A DNA stretch of 64,000 bases from Candidatus Nomurabacteria bacterium (GTDB lineage Bacteria; Patescibacteriota; Minisyncoccia; Phycocordibacterales; UBA918): NCBI GenBank assembly GCA_020632035.1, contig JACKGG010000001.1:45056-109055 (forward strand). Reading direction: 5' to 3'. This document shows positions 9,822 to 20,428 of the stretch, piece by piece (positions within the stretch are counted from its first letter, which is position 1; every line of letters starts with the position of its first letter). The notes under the pieces were generated by a model that was given only the letters and a program-made list of their open reading frames with translations, did no database searches and was not told the origin of the DNA. A program made the translations under genes and the position numbers.

Positions 9822-10388
9822 ATGTTATTTGAAAAAATACAATTAGAACCAGGTGAGGAAGTTCTAACCGTAGTCCGAAAACACTGGTTTGTAATTGCAA
9901 CAGAACTCCTTGGAACTTTTGTCATGCTACTGATTCCGTTCATTATTTTATTTCTAATTGCCTTATTCCCCAGCACCATTCTCTCCGCCGACATTAGCCT
10001 AGCTCATTACACTACCATGATTGCTTTTGGAGTAGCTGCTTGGTCAATCATTACTTTGATGGCCGGATTTGCTACCTGGACCACCTACTATCTAGACCTC
10101 TGGATAATTACTGACCGGCGCATAATACTAGTAGACCAGGTCAGCTTCTTTAACCGCAACGTCAGTATATTTCGTTTAGAGAGACTCCAAGATATAGAGT
10201 TTTATGTTAAAGGATTCATACCGACTTTACTAAACTTTGGCACTATTAGGGCTCAGACAGCCGGCGCTTTTGAAAGTAACTTCAAGACTAATGGCCTACC
10301 CGACCCGCGCGGATTACAAGCCACCATCCAAAAAGCCATGGACCGGCGTCTTGCCCTCCTTCACAACAACCCAGATCTTGCCGAGTAA
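9822..10388 (+). CDS. Membrane protein with a bacterial PH (bPH_2/YdbT-like) domain
   Basis: Two N-terminal transmembrane helices, then LWIITDRRIILV…, typical of the DUF304/bPH_2 family. Confidence 0.6.
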   Translation: MLFEKIQLEPGEEVLTVVRKHWFVIATELLGTFVMLLIPFIILFLIALFPSTILSADISLAHYTTMIAFGVAAWSIITLMAGFATWTTYYLDLWIITDRRIILVDQVSFFNRNVSIFRLERLQDIEFYVKGFIPTLLNFGTIRAQTAGAFESNFKTNGLPDPRGLQATIQKAMDRRLALLHNNPDLAE

Positions 10389-10466
10389 AGAGAGATTGAC
10401 AATTATTTATTTTTCGACAAAATTATATTAGTTTCGTCCTTCAACTTCTATGCTCGGGAGAATTAG

Positions 10467-10907
10467 ATGAAAAATTCAATCGTTAGACTGATACTTTTGT
10501 TTTTCTTTTTATCTCCAACAACCTCTTTGGCGATAGGTAATTTGGCGGATATAAAAACTAATAAGGTTTGTCAGAAGATGATCCTTCCTTCCAAAGACAG
10601 TCCCATGGCGGAAAGTGTTGCTGTGACTGAGGATGTGATTATTGAAAAAGATAATCTAATTCTCGACTTTAACCTATCTGGAAAAGTAAACTATAAACTT
10701 TCTGGTGTCCGAGGAGTGACAATTGCAAACATGTACATCTCAAGCATTAGTAAAGGTTATTTGCCATTTGGCATAGTCATCAGGAACTACGATTACTTCA
10801 GTGTTTATTATGTAACTGCTGATATGGTAGACACTAAGGGCATCGTTAAATCTTGCAATGTTGTAACTCTAAAAATTATTCCTGCTACTTTATGGACTCC
10901 CGCTTAG
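10467..10907 (+). CDS. Secreted hypothetical protein
   Basis: Signal peptide MKNSIVRLILLFFFLSPTTSLA. No recognised domain. Confidence 0.5.
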   Translation: MKNSIVRLILLFFFLSPTTSLAIGNLADIKTNKVCQKMILPSKDSPMAESVAVTEDVIIEKDNLILDFNLSGKVNYKLSGVRGVTIANMYISSISKGYLPFGIVIRNYDYFSVYYVTADMVDTKGIVKSCNVVTLKIIPATLWTPA

Positions 10908-11052
10908 GGGGTTTATTTTTTATGTTTATGGTTGTCTTAAGGTGACTTTCTTAAAAACCCTTAATCAATATTAATTCACAGCGGTACACGATGGAAACTA
11001 TCATCTTCTTGGGTTATAGTTAACCTACCTCGATAACTTAATTCAGACAATC

Positions 11053-12312
11053 ATGACCGACAAAAAACTATCTACCGAATCATACAAAGGAGTGCGTGAC
11101 TTTTACCCAGAGGATGCAGCTATTCAACAATATATTTTTAATACTTGGGCCAAGACAGCCGAAAGTTTTGGTTTTGATCGCTACGATGCTTCTATCTTAG
11201 AGCCTTCGGACTTATACCGCGCCAAGGGGGCTGAGAATGAAGAGATGGTAAACGAGCAGACCTACACCTTCACCGACCGAGGTGAGCGTGAAGTTACCCT
11301 TCGTCCTGAGATGACTCCGACCATAGCACGTATGGTAGCCGGCAAAGCTCGCGAGCTCGCCTTCCCATTGCGTTGGTATTCGATCCCAAATCTGTTTCGG
11401 TACGAACGTCCACAAAAAGGTCGATTACGTGAACACTGGCAATTAAATTGCGATATTTTTGGTTCCGACAGCGTGGCAGCCGATGTAGAGATAATTGCTC
11501 TCGCCCACCAAACTATGATTAATTTTGGCGCGACTAATGAGCTGTTTGAAATTAGAATCAATGACCGCCAGCTAATGCAAAGATTATATAGGGCCATCGG
11601 GCTGAACGACGACCTAATTCCAAAAATAACTCACCTAAACGACCGGAAAAATAAAATCTCGCGCGAAGAATACTTAGACGCATTAAACTCTATAACCAAT
11701 GACGAAACCATAACCGAGGAAGTAATCATGCTCTTGGAAAAATCAGACGAACAGACCGATGTAGTGATCGGCCTAGAGGAACTAGGTATCACAAACGTCG
11801 TCTTCGACAAAAGTCTGGCTCGAGGCTTCGATTATTACACCGGCACCATCTTTGAAATATTTGAATTAGATGGAGAAGGTAGATCAACCGGGCGATCGAT
11901 GCTTGGTGGTGGACGATATGACAACCTTACCAGTATGTTCGGAGGTAAACCTATTTCTGGAATTGGTTTTGGTATGGGTGATGTGACCATGCGAGATTTC
12001 CTTGAAGCTCATAACCTAATCCCAGGCAAGGCTCGATGTACCTCAGCTAAGGTGACTATAATTCCAGAAACCAGTGAACAAAATTTATACGCAGAAGTGG
12101 TGGCTAAACGAGTTAGAGAAACCGGTGTTGCTGTCTCAACTGACCTTGGCACTCAAAAGTTAGATAAGAAAAAAGCCCGTGCTAGTGAACGAGGTGTAAA
12201 GTTCATAATTGTAATTGGAGAAAACGAAGCCATTACTGCCAAAGACATCACTACAGGAGACAAAAAGTCGGGTCAGATTACTGAAATAATTAATTTCTTA
12301 AACACAAAATAA
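11053..12312 (+). CDS. hisS: Histidyl-tRNA synthetase
   Basis: Class II aaRS motifs (RPEMTP, FRYERPQKGRLREHWQ) and HisRS-wide similarity, 419 aa. Confidence 0.9.
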   Translation: MTDKKLSTESYKGVRDFYPEDAAIQQYIFNTWAKTAESFGFDRYDASILEPSDLYRAKGAENEEMVNEQTYTFTDRGEREVTLRPEMTPTIARMVAGKARELAFPLRWYSIPNLFRYERPQKGRLREHWQLNCDIFGSDSVAADVEIIALAHQTMINFGATNELFEIRINDRQLMQRLYRAIGLNDDLIPKITHLNDRKNKISREEYLDALNSITNDETITEEVIMLLEKSDEQTDVVIGLEELGITNVVFDKSLARGFDYYTGTIFEIFELDGEGRSTGRSMLGGGRYDNLTSMFGGKPISGIGFGMGDVTMRDFLEAHNLIPGKARCTSAKVTIIPETSEQNLYAEVVAKRVRETGVAVSTDLGTQKLDKKKARASERGVKFIIVIGENEAITAKDITTGDKKSGQITEIINFLNTK

Positions 12313-12334
12313 GAAGCGTGTTAAACTGTGAACC

Positions 12335-12910
12335 ATGCGATACATCGTTTTTGACCTAGAAACGCAAAATATATTCCAAGAAGTCGGCTCGAGCGACCCC
12401 GCCGCGCTCGACATCTCTGTCGCCACTGTCTACGATAGTGAAACTGACAAATACACTACAGTTCTAGTAGACGACATCGATTCACTCTGGCCGATTATTG
12501 AAAAGGCTGACGCACTGGTCGGGTACAACAGTAACCACTTTGACATTCCCCTTTTAAATAAGTATTACCCAGGAGATTTGACCCAAATAAAAAGTATCGA
12601 CCTTCTGGAAGACATTAAAAACTCACTGGGCCGAAGACTGAGGCTCGACAGTGTAGCCCAGGCTACTATTGGCGCCAAGAAATCAGCGGACGGCCTGCAG
12701 GCCGTCCGCTGGTGGCGCGAAGGTAATATAAAAGACCTGATGAAATACTGCGAGCAAGATGTAAAAGTGACTAAAGAGATTTTTGAATACGCTCGCCAGA
12801 ATGGTCACGTGAAATTTAAAGACGGCCACCGTAAAAAAGAAATCCCACTAGACACTTCTAGCTGGGAAGAAAAAGTGGAGTCAGGCATGACTCACTCGAT
12901 GTTGTTCTGA
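12335..12910 (+). CDS. DEDD-family 3'-5' exonuclease (RNase H-like fold)
   Basis: FDLET motif at the N-terminus and YNSNHFDIPLL (Exo II/III-like). Confidence 0.6.
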   Translation: MRYIVFDLETQNIFQEVGSSDPAALDISVATVYDSETDKYTTVLVDDIDSLWPIIEKADALVGYNSNHFDIPLLNKYYPGDLTQIKSIDLLEDIKNSLGRRLRLDSVAQATIGAKKSADGLQAVRWWREGNIKDLMKYCEQDVKVTKEIFEYARQNGHVKFKDGHRKKEIPLDTSSWEEKVESGMTHSMLF

Positions 12911-12942
12911 AAAACCCGCCGGCGTAACCAGTTAGATTTTAT

Positions 12943-13752
12943 TTAGGTAAACAACGCTACGTAACCCACCATGCTGGCCAAAATGACTCCGTACCACACA
13001 AACGGCCAAAGGGTATACTTGCGGATAAAGGCCAAGAAGAAGTGTATTACTAACAAAGCAGTAATAAAGGCAGAAGATGCTCCTATAGCAACCATCATCC
13101 AATCTACCGATGCCCCTTCTTTTAACAAGTCAATACTCATTTTAATACCTACCCCGAGAGTAATTGGTATCGCTAATAAAAAAGAAAAGCGAGAAGCTTC
13201 ATAACGTGACATACCAAGTAGCATTCCTCCAGCGATGGTTGCTCCTGAACGCGACATACCAGGAATCAGAGCCAAGGCCTGGTAAAGACCAACCATGAGA
13301 CCTTTCTTAACTGTCAGTTCACCCTGCATTGGCTGGAGGTAGAACTTCCACTCGGCGTAGAGAAAAAATATTGAAGCACATAGTAACGCTCCGGCTACAA
13401 AGAGTGGAGTACGTAGGTTTGTAGAAACGTAATCTTCAAGTAGTAGACCTAAAATTACGGCCGGGGCAGTTCCAATCACCAAAGCATATAATAAAGTAAT
13501 ATCCTTTTCGTTTACTGGTAACCGTCCTAATTTGCGCAGAAAAACTTGAATCAAGTTCCAAATATCGGCCCGAAAGTATATCATCACGGCCGCTGTGGTT
13601 GCAAAGTGGAGGACAGCATCGTAAGCCAGAGCACCACTTCCTTCTATATTTAGTAATTCATGCACTAGCACCAAATGCCCAGTCGAAGAAACTGGCAAAA
13701 ACTCTGTGATACCCTGCACTAAACCCAGTATTAAAGCGTCTACCCAATCCAT
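12943..13752 (-). CDS. uppP: Undecaprenyl-diphosphate phosphatase
   Basis: N-terminus LGLVQGITEFLPVSSTGHL, polytopic membrane protein, BacA family. Confidence 0.85.
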   Translation of the reverse strand: MDWVDALILGLVQGITEFLPVSSTGHLVLVHELLNIEGSGALAYDAVLHFATTAAVMIYFRADIWNLIQVFLRKLGRLPVNEKDITLLYALVIGTAPAVILGLLLEDYVSTNLRTPLFVAGALLCASIFFLYAEWKFYLQPMQGELTVKKGLMVGLYQALALIPGMSRSGATIAGGMLLGMSRYEASRFSFLLAIPITLGVGIKMSIDLLKEGASVDWMMVAIGASSAFITALLVIHFFLAFIRKYTLWPFVWYGVILASMVGYVALFT

Positions 13753-13917
13753 ATTCGCAGATTATAGCATAGCAGGATAGGCTATACTCTGCCCATTAAC
13801 AACTTCAACAATATTGCTCTAACGGAACCTGTAACAAAACCAATAGCGTTACCGAGGTTTTAAATTGGCCTTTGACAGGGTATACTTTTCTCATTAAGAA
13901 TAAGTAACTGTCTTGGC

Positions 13918-14670
13918 ATGGAACCACAATCAAATCAAACATCACCTCTAATTCCAATCGCCATCATATTTGGGTTCGCTTTGATTGCTTTGGCCATCTT
14001 CTTCACCAACAAGGACTCTGAACCCGTTCCGGTACAATCAACTCCTGATAGTACCTCAGGGGATCAGGTGTCAGATGGCAAACCCAGAGTGGTAGACGCG
14101 ACAGACTATATTTACGGCAACCCAAATGCTCCAATCTTAATGATCGAATACTCTGACTACGAGTGCCCTTTCTGTAAGCAATACCATACCACCATGAATC
14201 AAATTATGGATGAATATGGAATCAGTGGAAAAATAGCTTGGGTTTATCGCCAATTCCCTCTCACTCAACTTCACCCGAACGCAGCCAAGATTTCCGAGGC
14301 CGGACTTTGTGTCGGCAACATCGGAGGCAACGAAGCTTTTTGGAAATTTACCAACCGAATCTTTGAAGAAAGGGACATTAACGCCCCAACAAATGTAACC
14401 CGTCTACCACAGTATGCTATAGATGCTGGCGTGTCACAAAACGATTACATAAAATGCATGAATGATGAACGAATGAAAGAAGCAGTACTAGCTAGTGCTG
14501 AGGACGCCTTCAAAATCGGAGCCAGAGGTACACCATACACAGTTTTAGTAGTTGGTGGCCAACAAGCTATTATTAACGGTGCTCAACCATACAATGTAGT
14601 GAGAGAAATTGTTCAAAGTCTAATTGACCAAATTGATGGAAAAACTGACGTGACACCAAAAACCCCATAA
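13918..14670 (+). CDS. DsbA-like thiol:disulfide oxidoreductase (membrane-anchored)
   Basis: N-terminal transmembrane segment, CPFC active-site motif (YECPFCKQYH), thioredoxin fold. Confidence 0.7.
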   Translation: MEPQSNQTSPLIPIAIIFGFALIALAIFFTNKDSEPVPVQSTPDSTSGDQVSDGKPRVVDATDYIYGNPNAPILMIEYSDYECPFCKQYHTTMNQIMDEYGISGKIAWVYRQFPLTQLHPNAAKISEAGLCVGNIGGNEAFWKFTNRIFEERDINAPTNVTRLPQYAIDAGVSQNDYIKCMNDERMKEAVLASAEDAFKIGARGTPYTVLVVGGQQAIINGAQPYNVVREIVQSLIDQIDGKTDVTPKTP

Positions 14671-14699
14671 ATAAAAGCTGGTCCCAATGGATCGGCTTT

Positions 14700-17669
14700 T
14701 TATCTTTTAAGAGTAGACCAAAAAATACACGCTTCACAATCCTTTTTACTGCATCCTTTAGTTATAAAATTTCCGGTAGTCACCTCTTCCACCATTTTCT
14801 CAATTTCTTTTTTCAATTTATCTAAATCAGCTTCAGTGACAGTAAGTGTTTTTTTTTCAAACTCACCTGTATCTGTAGGTTCAACAAAATCTAATATCGC
14901 GTCAGCAATAGTAACTTCACCATCTTTGTAACCCTCAAGTAATAGGTGATAAAACTGAATTTGTCTCTCCAGTGCTTCTTTCTGCGCCTTGGTTGATTTC
15001 TTGCTAAACACTTTACCAGTTTTATAATCTATGACCCTTATCCTTCCAGCTCCAAATTCATCAAGAAATTCAATCTTGTCTATCTTCCCACTCAAGGTAA
15101 GCTCCGCGTCACTAACTACAAACGATCGCTTGATGTACTCTTCCAGCAATACATCGACACTCCAGTCTGAATTGTAGTAGTCATAATACATACCAAGAGA
15201 GCAACGCCCTTTGGTATGGAACTCATCATATTCTTTACCGAAGAAACCAGAATTTTCCATACACTGTTTGTAAGCATTTAATAGGTTTTCCTTGGCTAAA
15301 ACTTTTTTGGCAACTACTGAATCAGTAAAAAATGTTTCTAGAGCTCGGTGTACAGTTTCTCCATAACGTAAGGAAGAAGTGTAAACATCAGGTAGTTGAA
15401 TTAGATTACGAAACAGATACTTTAATGGACAATCGATGTAATTATTTAGAGCTGTCACACTAAGATTTTCCTCTAGAAATCTGGCCGCTAGATACTCCTT
15501 GTCGAAAACTGAATCATCTGGTATTTCGTTTGAGAAAAACCTGAGTAGTTCAGCTTCATTTTCCATCTCGAATGCTTCTGTCGAAAGTTGCTTAACAAAA
15601 TTGCCTGATAGTTCTGTGACGAATTGACTGGGCTCGAGAGATTTGCCAGACCAATCTTGTTTTGAAGATGAAATTGATAGATGACTTTTTGCTCTAGTAA
15701 TCGCCACATAAAATAGACGCCGCTCATCATCCAGCTCGCCAACATATCGATCTAAAGGCAGAGAGATAGCTGAGAACCCGCGACTCTTTTCCCAATTACT
15801 TCGAGCGGTGTTTATTACATAGACATGCTCGTACTCAAGCCCTTTCGAGCCATGTGCAGTCATACATTGAACACCCTTACCAACACTAGCTGCTGTAACT
15901 TCAATATTTATACTATAAGACAAAGCTGCATCGATAAATTCAATAAAGTCACTGGCTCTATAGTTAGGTTTTCTTTCAGCCTGTTGACGAAATTCGTTAA
16001 ATAACACCTCAACCTTTCTTAGGCCACTTCTGCTGTCAGGTCGATTTAGTAATGTGGCCAAAAAACCACTAACGTGAAGTACTTCTTTAAAGGTTTCATT
16101 AAAAGTGTGATTTGCTTCATAAATCTGTAGAGTCTTTATCATTTCCACTACGGAGTGGTAATACTCATCCGAGCACAAAATATCTATCAGTCCTTTTATA
16201 TCAGATTCTCGTCTTAGTGAACGATAATGACGTAGGGTATTAGTCACGTTGATTGGGTCTAGTTTGATAAAATCTGCAAACAAGAGTTTGCCCAGACTAT
16301 TGTCATCATATGGATTTACAATTACTCGGATTAAAGTAATTAACATTAGAATTGCCGAATCATCCAGAAGTGTATCACGCGACAATACCTGGTATGGCAC
16401 ATTAAATTGTTGAAACAATGACTTAATATCGACTAAGTGTTTGTTTGAACGATAGATAACTGCGATTTCATCCGCCGGAACTCCGGCTTCAAGTTTGGCT
16501 GTAATATCTTTCACCACAAACATAAGTTCGAACTTGTAATCAGAAAACTCTCGAACAGACACGAATTTATCGTCAGATTTGTTGCTCACTAAAGGTTTAG
16601 AGTTTTGTATAGAGTGCTGAATTAGCTCGTGAGCAGAATCTAGAATTGCAGCATTAGAACGATAATTTTTATCAAGTTCTATAACCATAACATCGGAATA
16701 ATGAATCTTGAAATGAGTAAAAGCTTTATCGCTTGCTCCTTGGAAACGATAGATGGATTGTTTTTCATCTCCTACGGTAAATAAATTTGGTCTTCCTTCC
16801 AGGTGCTCGGCATCGGTCAGTAGTTCAATCAGTTTGTTCTGACCTTCGTTGGTATCCTGGTGTTCGTCTACCAAAACGTACTGGTATTTCTCTTGTAAAT
16901 CTAATTTTAGGTTTTCATCTGATTCCAGACCTTTCAAGACAGAGAGTATCATATCTGAGAAGTCATACAGATTTTCTTTCTCTAAAACTCTTTGGTAAGA
17001 CTTGAAAACAGTTGCTATCTCACGAGCCTTAGCTACCCGTTTCTCAACTTTCTGTTTTTCAGTTGGTTTAATATCCCTTACTCCGTACTTTCCTGTGGCT
17101 CTTTTATAAAACATGACGTCATCACTAAGTTGTTCTTGTTCCCAGTCGGGTAAAAGTGCCTCAAACTCATCTGGCTGATAACCCTCTTGCTTTATACTGT
17201 TGACAGCATCCATAACCTGGCGAAGTGAACTGAACTTGTCATAACTAGAAACAATTTCAGTGAAGTCATGTTGTTCGAGAATCTTTTCAATGATTTTTGC
17301 TTTTTCCAAATCTGAAATCACTGAAGCAAACTCTTGGGCTGGAAAGTATGAGCTATAAGACTGGAGGATACTTTCAGCGAAGGAATGGAAGGTATAAATC
17401 CCTACTCGATAGGCATCATCATTTATGTAGTTTTTTAAACGCTCTCGCATTGCTCGTACTCCAGAGTTTGTAAAAGTTAGAGCCAAAATATTTTCTGGAC
17501 TCATTTGGGTTTGCTTAAGGATATTGGCAATCCTCAGCGTAAGGATTTGAGTCTTTCCAGTACCAGGGCCAGCAATAACCATAACCGGCCCTTCAATAGT
17601 ATCTACAGCTTCTTTTTGCGCTTTGTTTAGTCCCTTGTAGGCATCATCGTAAGCAGTACTTTGTTTCAT
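14700..17669 (-). CDS. UvrD/PcrA-family helicase fused to a C-terminal PD-(D/E)XK Fe-S (Cas4/AddB-like) nuclease
   Basis: Walker A AGPGTGKTQ at the N-terminus with UvrD motifs. The C-terminus has IDYKTGK and a three-cysteine cluster, GCSKKDCEAC. 989 aa. Confidence 0.8.
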   Translation of the reverse strand: MKQSTAYDDAYKGLNKAQKEAVDTIEGPVMVIAGPGTGKTQILTLRIANILKQTQMSPENILALTFTNSGVRAMRERLKNYINDDAYRVGIYTFHSFAESILQSYSSYFPAQEFASVISDLEKAKIIEKILEQHDFTEIVSSYDKFSSLRQVMDAVNSIKQEGYQPDEFEALLPDWEQEQLSDDVMFYKRATGKYGVRDIKPTEKQKVEKRVAKAREIATVFKSYQRVLEKENLYDFSDMILSVLKGLESDENLKLDLQEKYQYVLVDEHQDTNEGQNKLIELLTDAEHLEGRPNLFTVGDEKQSIYRFQGASDKAFTHFKIHYSDVMVIELDKNYRSNAAILDSAHELIQHSIQNSKPLVSNKSDDKFVSVREFSDYKFELMFVVKDITAKLEAGVPADEIAVIYRSNKHLVDIKSLFQQFNVPYQVLSRDTLLDDSAILMLITLIRVIVNPYDDNSLGKLLFADFIKLDPINVTNTLRHYRSLRRESDIKGLIDILCSDEYYHSVVEMIKTLQIYEANHTFNETFKEVLHVSGFLATLLNRPDSRSGLRKVEVLFNEFRQQAERKPNYRASDFIEFIDAALSYSINIEVTAASVGKGVQCMTAHGSKGLEYEHVYVINTARSNWEKSRGFSAISLPLDRYVGELDDERRLFYVAITRAKSHLSISSSKQDWSGKSLEPSQFVTELSGNFVKQLSTEAFEMENEAELLRFFSNEIPDDSVFDKEYLAARFLEENLSVTALNNYIDCPLKYLFRNLIQLPDVYTSSLRYGETVHRALETFFTDSVVAKKVLAKENLLNAYKQCMENSGFFGKEYDEFHTKGRCSLGMYYDYYNSDWSVDVLLEEYIKRSFVVSDAELTLSGKIDKIEFLDEFGAGRIRVIDYKTGKVFSKKSTKAQKEALERQIQFYHLLLEGYKDGEVTIADAILDFVEPTDTGEFEKKTLTVTEADLDKLKKEIEKMVEEVTTGNFITKGCSKKDCEACIFWSTLKR

Positions 17670-17734
17670 GTTGTTAGTATAACAAAACTAGGATATTAGA
17701 GAATGTACACAATTGTTAGTCAGGTGTATGATGT

Positions 17735-18190
17735 ATGTATATGAAAGTCAAAGACATCGTAAAACCAGCGGTAGTCATCTCTGAAACTGACACCTTCTCT
17801 ATGGCCCTAGAAGCAATGACCACTCAGCACACAAATACTTTACTAGTAACAGACGAAAACGGTGAGTTATCTGGTGAGGTAACTGTGGTTGATTTGTTAG
17901 ACGCTATCATACCCAACACTCTTGATGGTGGTGAGGTAATGGAACATTTTAATAGCGACGAATCTTTTATCGCTTCGATTGATGTGGCGCGAGATCTTCC
18001 GGTCGAGGATTTCATGTCGCGAGATTTTTCTGCCTTAACCCTAAACGATGACTTGCTTCCAATTGTGGCAACTGCCATTGCACATCAGCGAGCCAGGATC
18101 CCGGTAGTAGACAACGACAACAGACCGGTCGGAATTATTTCTAGGCAGGGCTTGAAACAGATACTAGCCAAATTCCTCAAGGCTGCCTAG
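17735..18190 (+). CDS. CBS-domain pair protein
   Basis: 151 aa with two CBS-like repeats. Confidence 0.7.
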   Translation: MYMKVKDIVKPAVVISETDTFSMALEAMTTQHTNTLLVTDENGELSGEVTVVDLLDAIIPNTLDGGEVMEHFNSDESFIASIDVARDLPVEDFMSRDFSALTLNDDLLPIVATAIAHQRARIPVVDNDNRPVGIISRQGLKQILAKFLKAA

Positions 18191-18199
18191 CTACAAAAA

Positions 18200-18703
18200 A
18201 TGTTTGCAGCCATTGAACACTTTTCTGAGTATGCTCCATTAGTAATATTTATTGCTTCGGCTTTAGACATTTTTTTTGTCACCGGCCTCTTCCTATACGG
18301 TGCCGCCATGTTAAGCACTATCGCTATGATGCATAGTGCAGGAATGATTACGGTTGAGATGATTGTTATTTCAGCTTACGCTGGAACGGTATTTGGTAAC
18401 ACTCTCAACTACGGAGCTGGGCGTTTGTTTAAAGAAGCACCGATTGTAGCGAAAAGATTAAACCACCCGAAAGTAGCCACGGCTCGTAGCTTCTTGCAAA
18501 GCCGAGGCCTTTTTATCTACATCCTTATTTGCCGTTTTATTGCTGTAGCCAGACCTCTTTATGCCCTTTTACTCGGTAGCCTTGAGATAAAGTTCTATCG
18601 CTTTTTTATCTACGAATTAATCGTAGCAATCTTCTGGATCATATTCTGGTTATTTATACTGGTCCAAGGAGAAGCTTTGTTTAGCCATTTCTTTGGAAAA
18701 TAA
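18200..18703 (+). CDS. DedA/SNARE-associated family membrane protein
   Basis: 167 aa, polytopic, with a GxxxxxxG-type DedA core. Confidence 0.55.
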   Translation: MFAAIEHFSEYAPLVIFIASALDIFFVTGLFLYGAAMLSTIAMMHSAGMITVEMIVISAYAGTVFGNTLNYGAGRLFKEAPIVAKRLNHPKVATARSFLQSRGLFIYILICRFIAVARPLYALLLGSLEIKFYRFFIYELIVAIFWIIFWLFILVQGEALFSHFFGK

Positions 18704-18704
18704 A

Positions 18705-18734
18705 AAAGTCGGTGAGCAAACCCACCGACTAAAA
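18705..18734 (+). terminator. Rho-independent terminator
   Basis: AGTCGGTG-agcaaacc-CACCGACT, an 8-bp stem, after the DedA stop. Confidence 0.6.
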
Positions 18735-19020
18735 GTACAACATTACGCTATCGACTAAAATCAAAATACTTAGCTTCACATATCGCCAGAGTATCTATGT
18801 CGTGCCCAATGATTTTTTCTCCTAAAGCTGGAGCTGGATAATGTCCCCAGCCAATATCTACCACAACAAACTCCTTCACCCAATGTGTTTTCCGTTAGCC
18901 ATAACAGGCCTCCATTAGTTACCCATCCTGCTTCCGTCATGGAAACGCTCGGGATTATTATTTACCATTTAAATTTAAGTATGTAAAGAGGATGGGTTTC
19001 ATTCCCAACGCCAGAATCTC

Positions 19021-19052
19021 AAAAATCCTCATTTTACAAGTGAGGATTTATG
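19021..19052 (-). terminator. Rho-independent terminator of rpoD
   Basis: AAATCCTCA-ttttacaag-TGAGGATTT, a perfect 9-bp stem, 15 nt downstream of the rpoD stop. Confidence 0.6.
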
Positions 19053-19066
19053 AAATAAATGTTGTC

Positions 19067-20428
19067 TTAGTATGACTTCAATCGTCGAGCTTTCTCGTGC
19101 TGGCGTATTTTTTCTAAAGCCTTCGCTTCAATCTGGCGAATACGTTCGCGGGTAACTCCAAACTCTTTTCCTACTTCTTCAAGTGTATGGTAAGTTCCGT
19201 CGAGTAGGCCATGGCGCATCTCCAAAATCTTTCGTTCCTTTTCAGAAAGTGTATCAAGTATTTCAGTAATTTGGTCGGTCAAAATGCTGTGAGAGACTTC
19301 TTGGTCTGGTGAAGTAATCTTATCGTCTGAGATAAAATCAGAAAGTCGTGACCGGTCGTCGTCGTCTCCCACTGGAAGTTCAAGAGAAATCGTATCTTGG
19401 CTAATCTTTTCAATCTGATAAATTTTTTCAACTTCAACTCCCATTTCTGTAGCGATTTCTTCAGACATTGGGTCTCGTCCCAAGTCTTGTGCAAGTCGCC
19501 TTGAGACCTGCTTGTACTTAGCCATAGTTTCCACCATGTGCACAGGGATACGAATCGTTCGAGATTGGTCGGCTAGTGCACGTGTGATAGCTTGCCTGAT
19601 CCACCAAGTAGCATAAGTAGAAAACTTAAACCCTTTAGTGAAGTCGAATTTATCAACCGCCTTGAAAAGTCCAAGGTTACCTTCTTGAATAAGGTCGAGT
19701 AAGGTAAGGTCTGGAGAACGTCCGACATATTTCTTGGCAATAGAAACCACCAAACGTAAGTTGGCGCGAGCGAGGAGGTTACGAGCTTCGTCATCCCCTT
19801 CAGTTATACGCTTAGCTAATACTCTTTCCTCATGAGCATTTAGAAGTGGATACTGCCCAATTTCCCTTAGGTACATCTGAATCGAGTCGTACCCGCTATC
19901 ACTACGCTTAAAAGCATTCTTCTGAGCAATAATATCAATACTAGGGTCATCACCAAGCATTCCACCACTTTGCAGTACATCAATTCCGGATACAGAAAAA
20001 CGTTCGTAGAGCGTATCTAAGAATTCGACATCTTTTTCAATTTCAGGGAAAGATCTTAGTAATTCATCGTAAGTGACGTACCCTCGCTCTTTTCCAAGGC
20101 GCATCAAGTCAGCCGCTTTAGCTTCAAGCAATCTTTCACTCTTGGTCAACTTCTTTTTGGGAACTTCTTTCTTTAGTTTTGTAACTGGAGTCTTTTTGAC
20201 TACTTTTTTCTTCGTTGAAACAGCCGCTTTTTGGGCGACTTTCTTATCAGGAGTTTTTTTAGTTGTCCTTGCGACCTTCTTTGCAGTAGGTTTCTTAACC
20301 ACTGACTTCTTTTTTGTTGCCGTTGCTTTCTTTGTTGAAGCTTTCTTTACGGCTGGTTTTTTATTTGTTTTTACGGTTTTTTTGACCGCTTTTTTTGCGA
20401 CTTTCTTTGTGGCCTTTTTGGTTGCCAT
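19067..20428 (-). CDS. rpoD: RNA polymerase sigma-70 factor RpoD with a ~110-aa lysine-rich N-terminal extension
   Basis: Sigma regions 1.2 to 4 ([21 protein letters not shown], helix-turn-helix in region 4). The N-terminal third is a K/A/T-rich repeat ([22 protein letters not shown]…). Confidence 0.9.
   Translation of the reverse strand: MATKKATKKVAKKAVKKTVKTNKKPAVKKASTKKATATKKKSVVKKPTAKKVARTTKKTPDKKVAQKAAVSTKKKVVKKTPVTKLKKEVPKKKLTKSERLLEAKAADLMRLGKERGYVTYDELLRSFPEIEKDVEFLDTLYERFSVSGIDVLQSGGMLGDDPSIDIIAQKNAFKRSDSGYDSIQMYLREIGQYPLLNAHEERVLAKRITEGDDEARNLLARANLRLVVSIAKKYVGRSPDLTLLDLIQEGNLGLFKAVDKFDFTKGFKFSTYATWWIRQAITRALADQSRTIRIPVHMVETMAKYKQVSRRLAQDLGRDPMSEEIATEMGVEVEKIYQIEKISQDTISLELPVGDDDDRSRLSDFISDDKITSPDQEVSHSILTDQITEILDTLSEKERKILEMRHGLLDGTYHTLEEVGKEFGVTRERIRQIEAKALEKIRQHEKARRLKSY

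Noticed and set aside
10908-11052. T-box leader upstream of hisS
   Set aside because: There is no GGUGGNACCGCG-like core and no terminator/antiterminator pair in the 145-bp spacer.
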